In this document: positions 20,061 through 29,482 of the stretch, in pieces
How the letters are laid out: every line of letters begins with the position of its first letter
Position numbering within the stretch: the stretch's first letter is position 1
Assembly (NCBI GenBank): GCA_008690995.1
Contig: VRMN01000003.1
Span: 1,984,001 to 2,048,000, forward strand
From: Porphyridium purpureum
Taxonomy: Eukaryota
Reading direction: 5' to 3'
DNA length: 64,000 nt
Translations under genes and position numbers: made by a program
Notes under the pieces: model-generated
Told to the model about the DNA's origin: nothing
Databases searched by the model: none
Seen by the model: only the letters and a program-made list of their open reading frames with translations

Positions 20061-22088
20061 ATGAATGGCACCCAGCTTGCGGCCGTCCATGTTGGGAACA
20101 CAAGCGTCCGTGCTCGGCCGCTGGAACCCAGGGACCATGAGCGGCACGTGCAGCAGCGGACGCTGCCGCGGCTAAGCGGTCTACGGCGCGGCGTTTGCCT
20201 CGAAGAAGACCCGGACGGGGGCATCGATGATTTGCTGGATATAGGACTCTTGGGCCAGCACGATGTTGGCACGGCGATATTGCACGACTTTTCGATCGAG
20301 CCAAACGTGAACTCATCGCAGTCATTTTTGCAGGATTTATGCCCTTCAAACCATCGGATGGCCGAGAGCTCCGCGTCTTCGTCTCAAAAGAACGTGCGAC
20401 GCGACCCGTGGTCATCACAGAGCTTTGAAATGGCGATCGACTCGTTGAGCGACGCCATGCAAAGCTCACTGAAGATGTGCGACGGCGTGTGGACCAGAAC
20501 CAACATTTGGTGTGACCCTCCGCTTGAACCTACCGCCGCGGCTCCTGTACCGCTCCAGATCCAGAGATCATCAATGCCCGGTGCGACCGCAACAGCAGGG
20601 GCCAACATCGAGTCGGCGTCTCCGAATGTGATGACGCTCAAGCTGATGGTACAATCACCGTGCGCTGATATTGCGTCAGGCTTACGCTTGATGCTTTGGA
20701 CTTCTGTTGGCATTCTCTGGGCGTCTCCCGGGCTCGGTAATGCATGCTTGGAGGTCAAAGTGGATGTTTCACGACTGGATGGTCCGATCGAGGTCTTTGC
20801 ACTTTGTGGGAGCGCCATGCTGGAGCATTTGAACACCGCCATTCTAGTGGCAGTGACAGCTCAGGGCGAGATTCTTCGCTATCAGCACACTCGTCCATCA
20901 CCGACCCTCCAGGAAGACGCGTACTCCTTGCTCCGTACCGATGCCAAATTTTTCGAGACGCCTTCAGTTGTGCCGGCCCTGTGTAATCCTGTGGATGCTT
21001 CTCCTGTCGCTGCGGTTCCAGAACCAGCGGCACTTCCTCCTGTATCTTCGGCCCAGGAAGCAAAGGTCTCATTCAAGCGAGCGCGTGCGCCGCGTGCGCC
21101 GCGTCCCCCGCCAGCCCCGCACCGAACCGCAAGTGCACCGGATCGTATCGCGGATCCCTCGACTTTAAAGAACGCAGAGCTGCATTCGGGCAGTAGCTCA
21201 CCTTTGGGCCCGCCACATAGTCTGCCAGTGCCGGTGTTGGCTTTAGACAAGCGCACGGACTTTCGCAGCAAGAGGCGCGGCGAATGGCGGACCGTTGCCG
21301 AAGTCAACGACTTCTGTGCGGCAGAGGGTGACTTGACGGGCATGCTGTGGCTGGACCACGAACACGACAACCACCACGACGCTTCTCAATTCAAGCAGGA
21401 GAGACTCCCCTCTCTCGGCCACGGCTGGTCCAGTCCCGCACGACCCAGGGCCAGCCCGTCCGGCGAGTGCTCAGAGACAACGACCTCGTCGCTTGCTACA
21501 AGTGTGCGAACTGGCGGCTTGTTTGGGACACCAAAGGACCAGGCCGGATGCGGCGGCCTTCACAAAAGCAGCAAGAGCAGGCTGCAGTCGCCTTACGAGT
21601 TCGGGGAGTCCGAGTCGTTTTTCAGCGCACCAGACTTGCGTTCGGCACCTTCACGAGAAGCGCTGGTAGGCAGCGCTATTTTGTCCGAGCCATCAACAAG
21701 CGTCGCGTCGGGATGCACGTACGTCACAGACGCATGGCTCGAACGCAAGGGCAGAATGACGCTTGCGCTGCTGCGCTACCGCCTGCAGGCAACGCACAAG
21801 TCCAAGTACATCAAGGTGATTACCAAGGATGACCTTCGCGGACTGCTGATGTTCTCGCGCGAGCTGATCGCCGAGGAGCTGAACATCTCCGTCACGCTTG
21901 TCAAGAAATTCTTCCGAGCCTGCGACATTGACACGTGGCCCTACCGCAGGGTGTACGTTATCCGCAGGCGGCTGCGCGAGTGCGAGCAGCAGCTTGCGGG
22001 GCCAGACGGAGCGCGCATGGCGCTTGAGATGGCACTTCTGACCGAAGAGTACAATCAAATTGAACGAGAAACTTTGCCATCTCAATAA
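20061..22088 (+). CDS. RWP-RK domain transcription factor (C-terminal domain)
   Basis: C-terminal ITKDDLRGLLMFSRELIAEELNISVTLVKKFFRACDIDTWPYRRV followed by a short coiled coil. Long disordered Ser/Pro-rich body. Start uncertain. Confidence 0.82.
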   Translation: MNGTQLAAVHVGNTSVRARPLEPRDHERHVQQRTLPRLSGLRRGVCLEEDPDGGIDDLLDIGLLGQHDVGTAILHDFSIEPNVNSSQSFLQDLCPSNHRMAESSASSSQKNVRRDPWSSQSFEMAIDSLSDAMQSSLKMCDGVWTRTNIWCDPPLEPTAAAPVPLQIQRSSMPGATATAGANIESASPNVMTLKLMVQSPCADIASGLRLMLWTSVGILWASPGLGNACLEVKVDVSRLDGPIEVFALCGSAMLEHLNTAILVAVTAQGEILRYQHTRPSPTLQEDAYSLLRTDAKFFETPSVVPALCNPVDASPVAAVPEPAALPPVSSAQEAKVSFKRARAPRAPRPPPAPHRTASAPDRIADPSTLKNAELHSGSSSPLGPPHSLPVPVLALDKRTDFRSKRRGEWRTVAEVNDFCAAEGDLTGMLWLDHEHDNHHDASQFKQERLPSLGHGWSSPARPRASPSGECSETTTSSLATSVRTGGLFGTPKDQAGCGGLHKSSKSRLQSPYEFGESESFFSAPDLRSAPSREALVGSAILSEPSTSVASGCTYVTDAWLERKGRMTLALLRYRLQATHKSKYIKVITKDDLRGLLMFSRELIAEELNISVTLVKKFFRACDIDTWPYRRVYVIRRRLRECEQQLAGPDGARMALEMALLTEEYNQIERETLPSQ

Positions 22089-22313
22089 AGGAAAGGGAGG
22101 TGCTTTGCACTCTTTGATGATGTCCTGGGACTCGAAAGACTCTGATTTACGCTTCTACTACCTCATTCGCATTGTTCTACTTTTACGTATTTTCACGAGG
22201 ACTCACTATTCACTTTCGAACAAGGCTGCAGTTCAAGATTCTTTCACTTTCGCAACCCGCGGACTTACCCGTCTTTCCTTTCACTACTCGGACTCCCGAG
22301 CTGCACGACGACA

Positions 22314-25300
22314 TTAAACATAGTTCTCCAAGGATTTCTTCAGTTCTGCAAGCTTCAACTTGAGCTTTTCCGGTACGCCACCCAACTGCTCGTAGAACGC
22401 CTCGTAGCGCGGAATGTCCACGAGCCAGTTGTCGCGATCGACAGAGAGAAGCGCCTTCAGATCCTCTGGGCTAATCGACAGCCCACTCACGTCGAGCGCA
22501 TCAACGGGCGGCAAGTTGCCAATGGGTGTGGCCACCGCTGACGCTGTTCCTTCGATGCGCTCTACGATCCACTTCAGCAAACGGACATTCTCACCGAAAC
22601 CTGGCCACATAAAGCGGCCACTCGCGTCCTTACGGAAAAAGTTCACGTAAAAGATGCGCGGCGCGTGTTCGCCCAATTTGGCTCCCATCGACAGCCAGTG
22701 CTCAAAGTACTGCGTAACAGAGTAGCCAAAGAAGGGCAACATTGCCATGGGGTCAATACGGAGCGAACCCACCTTGCCCTCAGCAGCGGCAGTCTGTTCC
22801 GATGAGCACACACTGCCTGCAAAAACGCCGTGCACCCAATCGCTTAGCTCGTTGACCAGCGGAATGGTCGTCTCGCGGCGGCCGCCAAAAATAATGGCCG
22901 AGATGGGCACACCTTCGGGATTCTCCCAATCGGGGTCAATCACCGGACAGTTCCCTGCGGGAGCCGTGTAACGCGCGTTCGGGTGCGCAGCCTTACGACC
23001 ACAACCAGGCGTCCATTTCTGATACGTCCAATCTTCCAATTCGGCTGGCGGCTCCGTGCTCATACCCTCCCACCATACGTCGCCGTCCGGCGTCAGTCCA
23101 ACATTCGTGTAGATAGAGTCCGACTTGAGTGCTTCCATAACTGAGTGATTCGTCAGGTCGCTTGTACCAGGCGCAACACCAAAGAAGCCAGACTCGGGAT
23201 TGATTGCACGTAGGCGGCCATCCTTACCAATATGCATCCAAGCCAGGTCGTCCCCAACCGTGGAAACCGACCAGCCTGGGATCGTCGGAACCATGAGCGC
23301 AAAGTTTGTCTTTCCGCATGCACTCGGGAATGCAGCGGCGACGTAGTACTTTTTGCCCGCCGGGTTCGTGATACCGAGAATCAGACAGTGCTCCGCCAGC
23401 CAGCCTTCGCGTCTCCCCAACACGCTCGCCATACGCAGGCCGTAGCATTTTTTGGGCAACAGCGCGTTGCCGCCGTATCCAGAGCGCAAACTGATGACCT
23501 GCGGATTCTCGCCGTCCGGGAAGTGGCAAATGTACTTGGGGTCATCGCATGGCCATTTGGAATCCACATCATTCGGCTTCAAAGATTTGCAAACCGAGTG
23601 GAAGCATGGCAGCCAGAACTTACCCTGCATAGCGCGCAGCACGTTGAAACCGATGCGCGTCATAATCTTGAGATTTACCACCACGTACGGCGAATCCGTG
23701 ATCTCAACGCCAAAGCGTGCGTACGGCGAGTCAATTGGTCCGCACACAAATGGAATCACATACATCGTTCGCCCGCGCATGCATCCTTGCATAATTTCGT
23801 TTAGCTCCTTCTTCATGCCCTCTGGTTCGCGCCAGTTGTTTGTCGGACCGGCATCCTCCTGCTTTTCTGAGCAAATAAATGTGCGCGACTCTACGCGAGC
23901 CACATCTTTTGGATCTGAGCGCGCCAAGAACGAATTCGGTCGTTTCTTCGGGTTCAGTCGCACAAACGTGCCGGCCTCAACCAGGACATCACACATGAGC
24001 TGGTATTCTTCTTCCGATCCATCACACCAGTGCACGTGCTCTGGCTCGCACAGCGCCTTCATTTCCTTGACCCAGCCGATCAACTTGGCGTCGGTGCACG
24101 GTACCTGCTCAACGGCGGCAAAGTGCAGCCGCTGCTCGAGGCTTGTCAGCTCACGATGGATCTCCTCCGGCCAATGGGCTTCCAGCTTGGCGTGGAACTT
24201 TCGCACCTGCGGCAACTCGTCAAGCCATTGCTGCGCATCCACTTTGAGCAACTGCTCTAGCGCACCAGGTGCTAGCTCTAACCCACTGAGATCCAGGGCA
24301 CCGGGCGCCGGCAGAATACCGATCGGGGTCGATACGCCGCCCGTGCGCTGGTTCTCCACGCGCTGCACCACCCACTTCAGCACGCGGGCATTATCGCCAA
24401 AGCCTGGCCATAAGAATCTCCCGTTCTGTGGATCTTTCTGGAACCAGTTCACGTAGAAAATGCGCGGCATCTTCTTTTCATTGATGTCGGCCAGGCGCTT
24501 GCCCATCGCCAGCCAGTTGTCACGCATATAGTCGCCCATATTGTACCCACAGAAGGGCAGCATGGCATACGGGTCAAAACGAAGCTCACCCAGTTTGCCC
24601 TCCGCAGCGGCGGTCTGTTCTGACGCACACATGGCGCCCATGAATACACCATGCTGCCAGCTGAAGCTCTCAGTGACCAGCGGAATGGTGCTGCCGCGAC
24701 GTCCGCCGAACAGCACGGCCGAAACGGGCACGCCTTCAGGATTTTCCCAGTCCGGGTCGAGCACGGGGCAATTGATTGCTGGCACCGTGTATCGTGCGTT
24801 CGGATGGGCGGCAAGTCGCCCACAATCTGGTGTCCATTTCTGCCCTTGCCAATCTTCCAGTTCGGCTGGTGGCTCGGGTGTCATGCCCTCCCACCACACA
24901 TCACCGTCGGGCGTAAGTGCGCAATTGGTGAAAATCACGTTTTCGCCGAGGGCGGCCATAGCGCTGGGATTGGTAAAGCTGCTTGTTCCAGGCGCAACCC
25001 CGAAGAATCCACTCTCAGGATTCATCGCGCGCAGCGACCCGTCGGGTGCTGGGTGCATCCACGCAATGTCATCGCCGAGCGTGGTCACTTTCATGCCAGG
25101 AACGGTAGGCACGAGCATCGCCAAATTCGTCTTGCCACATTGGCTCGGCAACGCAGCAGTGATGTAACTCTTCTTTGAACCACTCATCTCCAGACCCAGA
25201 ATAAGCATGTGCTCGGCCATCCAGCCCTCGCGGCGGCCCATCTCGCTGGCAATGCGAAGCGCGAGGCATTTCTTACCGAGAAGCGCATTCCCACCTCCGC

Positions 25301-27824
25301 CACTACCAAAGCTCATAATTTCCGGACCGTCGGCTTCGTGCGGGAAATGGGAGATGTATTTGGTCTCGTTGCACGGCCACGCAACGTCCAGCTCAGCGGG
25401 CGCAAGAGGACGACCAACAGAATGCAAGCACTTGACAAACGATCCGTCCTTGCCTAGCATACGAAGCACGCGGAAGCCTACACGCGTCATGATGTGCATG
25501 TTGGCCACGACATACGGACTGTCAGTGATCTGCACGCCGACGCGCGAGTACGGCGAGTCAAGTGGGCCCATGGAAAAGGGAATAACAAACAGCGTGCGAC
25601 CTTGCATGGCGCCGTCAAATAGACCCTCCAAGATCTTGCGCATCTCAGCCGGGTCAAACCAGTTATTTGTCGGGCCAGCTTCCTCCAATGTCGTCGTGCA
25701 CACAAATGTGCGGCTTTCAACACGGGCGACATCGTTCGGGTGCGAACGCGCAAGGTACGAGTTGGGGCGCTTCTTTGGGTCAAGTCGCACGAATGTGCCT
25801 GTTTCAACGCAAATGTCGCACATGAGCTGATACTCTTCGCGCGATCCATCGCACCAAAAGACGTGCTCCGGTTTGCACAGAGACGTCATGCGGCGGACCC
25901 AGTCCGAGAGGCGCTTGTTGGTGGTCGGTGCATTGTCCCGCAGTGCGAAATGCAGTCGCAGCTCGAGCTCTACAAGCTCGTGGCGCAGAGCGGGTGGGAG
26001 AAATTCACCCAACTTGTCCTGGTGCGCTCGGATTTGCGGCAGCTCATCAAGCCATTGCTGCGGATTCACTAACAGCAGCTCTTGCATCTCTTGCTTGGTC
26101 ACCTTGAGCCCGTGCAGGTCTACTGCGCCCTCGGCTGGCACCACGCCGACGGGGGTGTGGCGTCCACGCGCCGAGCCGTCAAGGCGGCCGAGCATCCACT
26201 TGAGCACACGCGAGTTCTCGCCAAAGCCGGGCCACAAGAAGCGGCCAGAACCACCTGCATCTTTGCGGAACCAGTTGACGTAGAAAATCTGCGGTGCCTG
26301 ACCGCCTAGTCGCTCGCCCATATCGAGCCAGTGCTTTTCGTACTCACCGCAGTTGTACCCGATGAATGGCAACATCGCGAACGGGTCAATGCGGAGCGTG
26401 CCGGCCTTCCCTTCAGCGGCCGCGGTCTGCTCGGACGAGCACATGGAACCCATGAAGACGCCATGCTGCCAGCTGAACGCCTCCGTGACCAACGGCACCG
26501 TGGTGGCACGGCGGCCACCAAAGACAATGGCCGAGATCGGAACGCCCTTGGGGTCCTGCCAGCGCGGGTCCATCACGGGGCAATTGGCGGCCGGTGCCGT
26601 GTAGCGCGCGTTCGGATGCGCAGCTGGGCGCCCACAGTCGGGCGTCCATTTCTGGAACGTCCAATCCTCAAGCTCAGCTGGTGGTTCTGGCGTCATGCCA
26701 TCCCACCACACATCACCGTCGGGCGTCAAAGCAACGTTGGTAAAAATGCAGTGCTCGGTGAGCGCCGCCATCGCGCTCGGATTTGTAAAGCTGCTCGTAC
26801 CGGGCGCTACGCCAAAGAATCCGTTCTCCGGATTAATGGCGTACAGGCGATTGTCGTCCTTGTCCTGGCGCATCCAGGCAATATCGTCACCGACCGTCGT
26901 CACCTTGAGACCCGGAATCGTCGGCACGAGCATGGCCAGGTTGGTTTTGCCGCACGCGCTCGGGAATGCAGCCGCGATGTAATGAGTCTGATTCGTGGAG
27001 GTCTGCGTGAGGCCCAGAATCAAGCAGTGCTCCGCCATCCACCCTTCTTCCAGTCCCATTGTACTTGCGATGCGTAGTGCAAAGCACTTTTTCGACAACA
27101 GTGCGTTCCCTCCGTACGCGCTGCCGTACGACATAATCGAAGGATCCTCAGGAAAGTGGCAAATATACTTGTTCTTGTTGCATGGCCAGCGCACGTCCTT
27201 CTCGCCTGGCGCGAGCGGTTTGCCGACGGAATGCACACACGGCACAAAGTCCCGCTTCTTGCCGATGCGCTGCAGCACGGCGGTGCCGACGCGCGTCATG
27301 ATGTGCATGTTGACCACCACAAATGCGCTATCCGTCAGCTGTATGCCGCAGCGCGACAGCGGCGAGTCAATGGGACCCATGCAGAATGGAATGACATACA
27401 TGGTTCTGCCACGCATGCAACCTTTGTACAGTTCGTGCAGGGTCTGCTTCATCTCGTCCGGCTCGGCCCAGTTGTTTGTCGGTCCTGCGTCCTCCTCGTA
27501 CGTTGTGCAAATAAACGTGCGGCTTTCGACGCGCGCGACGTCACTGGGGTCGGAGCGGGCCAAGTAGCAGTCCTTGCGCTTTTTTTCGTTCAACTTGATC
27601 ATTGTGCCAGCCTCGACGAGCTCCGCGGTCAAGCGGCTCCACTCGTGCGCCGACCCATCGCAGATCACGACGCTCTGCGGCTCGCACAAGGTGGCGTACT
27701 TGACAATGAACTTTTGCAGATGCTTGTTGTCGAGCCAATACACTGGCGCGAGATCTGGCGGCCCCTTACCGGCGGCGACCACGGCAGTGGCGGCGGCCAC
27801 CTCCTCCTTTGCGGCCGTGTCCAT
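22314..27824 (-). CDS. PCK: Triple-domain GTP-dependent phosphoenolpyruvate carboxykinase (three tandem PEPCK units, 1836 aa)
   Basis: DVARVESRTF, GGNALLxKKC, AEH, PSxCGKTN, GDDxAW, HPNARY, SEQTAAAEGK and WPGFG(E/D)N each occur three times in one uninterrupted frame. First ATG (MDTAAKEE) at 27824. Confidence 0.95.
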   Translation of the reverse strand: MDTAAKEEVAAATAVVAAGKGPPDLAPVYWLDNKHLQKFIVKYATLCEPQSVVICDGSAHEWSRLTAELVEAGTMIKLNEKKRKDCYLARSDPSDVARVESRTFICTTYEEDAGPTNNWAEPDEMKQTLHELYKGCMRGRTMYVIPFCMGPIDSPLSRCGIQLTDSAFVVVNMHIMTRVGTAVLQRIGKKRDFVPCVHSVGKPLAPGEKDVRWPCNKNKYICHFPEDPSIMSYGSAYGGNALLSKKCFALRIASTMGLEEGWMAEHCLILGLTQTSTNQTHYIAAAFPSACGKTNLAMLVPTIPGLKVTTVGDDIAWMRQDKDDNRLYAINPENGFFGVAPGTSSFTNPSAMAALTEHCIFTNVALTPDGDVWWDGMTPEPPAELEDWTFQKWTPDCGRPAAHPNARYTAPAANCPVMDPRWQDPKGVPISAIVFGGRRATTVPLVTEAFSWQHGVFMGSMCSSEQTAAAEGKAGTLRIDPFAMLPFIGYNCGEYEKHWLDMGERLGGQAPQIFYVNWFRKDAGGSGRFLWPGFGENSRVLKWMLGRLDGSARGRHTPVGVVPAEGAVDLHGLKVTKQEMQELLLVNPQQWLDELPQIRAHQDKLGEFLPPALRHELVELELRLHFALRDNAPTTNKRLSDWVRRMTSLCKPEHVFWCDGSREEYQLMCDICVETGTFVRLDPKKRPNSYLARSHPNDVARVESRTFVCTTTLEEAGPTNNWFDPAEMRKILEGLFDGAMQGRTLFVIPFSMGPLDSPYSRVGVQITDSPYVVANMHIMTRVGFRVLRMLGKDGSFVKCLHSVGRPLAPAELDVAWPCNETKYISHFPHEADGPEIMSFGSGGGGNALLGKKCLALRIASEMGRREGWMAEHMLILGLEMSGSKKSYITAALPSQCGKTNLAMLVPTVPGMKVTTLGDDIAWMHPAPDGSLRAMNPESGFFGVAPGTSSFTNPSAMAALGENVIFTNCALTPDGDVWWEGMTPEPPAELEDWQGQKWTPDCGRLAAHPNARYTVPAINCPVLDPDWENPEGVPVSAVLFGGRRGSTIPLVTESFSWQHGVFMGAMCASEQTAAAEGKLGELRFDPYAMLPFCGYNMGDYMRDNWLAMGKRLADINEKKMPRIFYVNWFQKDPQNGRFLWPGFGDNARVLKWVVQRVENQRTGGVSTPIGILPAPGALDLSGLELAPGALEQLLKVDAQQWLDELPQVRKFHAKLEAHWPEEIHRELTSLEQRLHFAAVEQVPCTDAKLIGWVKEMKALCEPEHVHWCDGSEEEYQLMCDVLVEAGTFVRLNPKKRPNSFLARSDPKDVARVESRTFICSEKQEDAGPTNNWREPEGMKKELNEIMQGCMRGRTMYVIPFVCGPIDSPYARFGVEITDSPYVVVNLKIMTRIGFNVLRAMQGKFWLPCFHSVCKSLKPNDVDSKWPCDDPKYICHFPDGENPQVISLRSGYGGNALLPKKCYGLRMASVLGRREGWLAEHCLILGITNPAGKKYYVAAAFPSACGKTNFALMVPTIPGWSVSTVGDDLAWMHIGKDGRLRAINPESGFFGVAPGTSDLTNHSVMEALKSDSIYTNVGLTPDGDVWWEGMSTEPPAELEDWTYQKWTPGCGRKAAHPNARYTAPAGNCPVIDPDWENPEGVPISAIIFGGRRETTIPLVNELSDWVHGVFAGSVCSSEQTAAAEGKVGSLRIDPMAMLPFFGYSVTQYFEHWLSMGAKLGEHAPRIFYVNFFRKDASGRFMWPGFGENVRLLKWIVERIEGTASAVATPIGNLPPVDALDVSGLSISPEDLKALLSVDRDNWLVDIPRYEAFYEQLGGVPEKLKLKLAELKKSLENYV

Positions 27825-28609
27825 TGAATCTCTCTCTGCCTGTGCTCCCTGCGCTCCTCTACACTTGGCAGTCCCCAGATCCCCTCTCAATCCCCGTTTG
27901 CTGTGCTTGCGCTCTCCTTGTTCTCTCTCTGTGTGCCTCTCTCTATGCTCCTTGCTCTCCTTGCGCCGCGGCTGCGTGGTTGGCGTGGTAGGCGTGGTAG
28001 GCGAGCAAGCGGCAGTGGGATCAGCGCTTAAGTAGCTGCGCGTGCGCGAGGCTGCGGTACCGCAGACGGTGTGTGTTTATGACACGCGTGCATGTCCGCC
28101 CTCACATGCAAGGACCGCTCTTCTGCGCAACGCGTGTGCCGCATGGTTGCATGCATGCGCCTGCCCTTCAAACGAAGCGGGCAACTGCTAGCTCGTGCCA
28201 CCAAGATGCGCACGCGGTGTGCGTGGAATGCAACCACGCGCGCGCCGCTACTAAAACAGCGCCGGAACATACGGACACAATATCCACACACGCACGCGGC
28301 GCTGACACGTCGACGCACAGGCAGCGCCCGCGCCCGAAAATCTCGGAACAAGATTACATCGTGCTGTACACCCGGAAACGTCATCGTGCGGCGGGGTACA
28401 GCGACAGCGGTGCGGCGGCATGGCGCACGCGGTGCAGAGCTCGAGCGCATCAAAGTTCTCTTTAACCTAGCACGGACTGGACGGGGGACTATTCTGGACA
28501 GACGCGTCGTGTCGCAGGCTCGCGCCGCGCCGTGCACGCTGGTTGGCAGGTGGGGGTTCGGGCACTTGTGTGAGAGCGGGAGCGAGAGGATCGGTGGCGC
28601 GCGGACGGT

Positions 28610-29482
28610 TTAATATCCGTAGCTCGACGCGCGCTTGGCCGCGGCCATCGCCGGGTACGTGTTCGCGTAGCCCTCCTCAAAGTGTGTGGACGAGAACAGG
28701 TCGCGGCCGTACTTGCTCTGCGCGTAGCGCTCGGCAGCAAACTGCGACGCAGACTTCTGCGCCGAGCGGAACGCGACCGCGAGCGCGGCGACGCGCGCCT
28801 GCTCGGCCTGGCCCTTCGCGTTGCCCTCCACGCACGAGCTCTTGTACACGCCGCTCGCGGTGGTTCCGCGCATCTTGTTCACCTTGTCCACCGACGCCGC
28901 CAGGAACTCCTCCTCAATGCTTTCCGGCACCGCGTAGCGTTGGCATGCGCGAGTGACTTCCGTGCTTGCCATCAGTGCGGCGGCGGCGAGCTTCGGGTAC
29001 TTGATGTACTGCTTCTCCTGGTGGTCGTTCTGAGCCAGGATCAGCGCAAGGCGGCGGTTCTCGTACATGGCGCCGGTCTTCTCGGCCGCCGAGCGCTGGT
29101 TCATGCGGAATGCCGCAGACAGGGCCATGGCGCGCTTCTCGTGGGCCATTCCCTTGGCCGATCCCTCCATGCACTGGATGCCGTACACGCCGTACGGAAT
29201 CGCCGCCGCCTTGCCCTCCATGGTCACCGACTTGGCAAAAAACATGTCTGCCTTGTCCAGGGCCTTGTTGACGTTTTTCTTGGTGACCTTGGCGGAAAAT
29301 CCGCTCACCTTGGGTACGCGCTGGAAGCGGCGCATGTTGACAGACGACACGGCGCCCGTCACCATGTGCACCTGGCTGTTGCTGCTGCTGCTGCGACGCG
29401 CCGTCTTGTCGCATACCGCTGTCGCCCCAAACTTGGCCACGGCCGCCTTGCCCATAAACCCACTTACAAACGCCGTCTCCAT
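28610..29482 (-). CDS. Phycoerythrin gamma-type chromophorylated phycobilisome linker, plastid-targeted
   Basis: Transit peptide METAFVSGF...; two internal repeats GVYGIQCMEGSAKG..R.MAL..AFR..QRS and GVYKSSCVEGNAKG..R.AAL..AFR..QKS typical of gamma subunits. Confidence 0.9.
   Translation of the reverse strand: METAFVSGFMGKAAVAKFGATAVCDKTARRSSSSNSQVHMVTGAVSSVNMRRFQRVPKVSGFSAKVTKKNVNKALDKADMFFAKSVTMEGKAAAIPYGVYGIQCMEGSAKGMAHEKRAMALSAAFRMNQRSAAEKTGAMYENRRLALILAQNDHQEKQYIKYPKLAAAALMASTEVTRACQRYAVPESIEEEFLAASVDKVNKMRGTTASGVYKSSCVEGNAKGQAEQARVAALAVAFRSAQKSASQFAAERYAQSKYGRDLFSSTHFEEGYANTYPAMAAAKRASSYGY

Noticed and set aside
22314..27824. Triple PEPCK as an assembly artefact
   Set aside because: Units differ at many amino acids and synonymous sites, have unit-specific indels, and remain in frame across both junctions.
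23452..27827. Series of mutually similar plus-strand ORFs opposite PEPCK
   Set aside because: Their repetition simply mirrors the three PEPCK units on the other strand.
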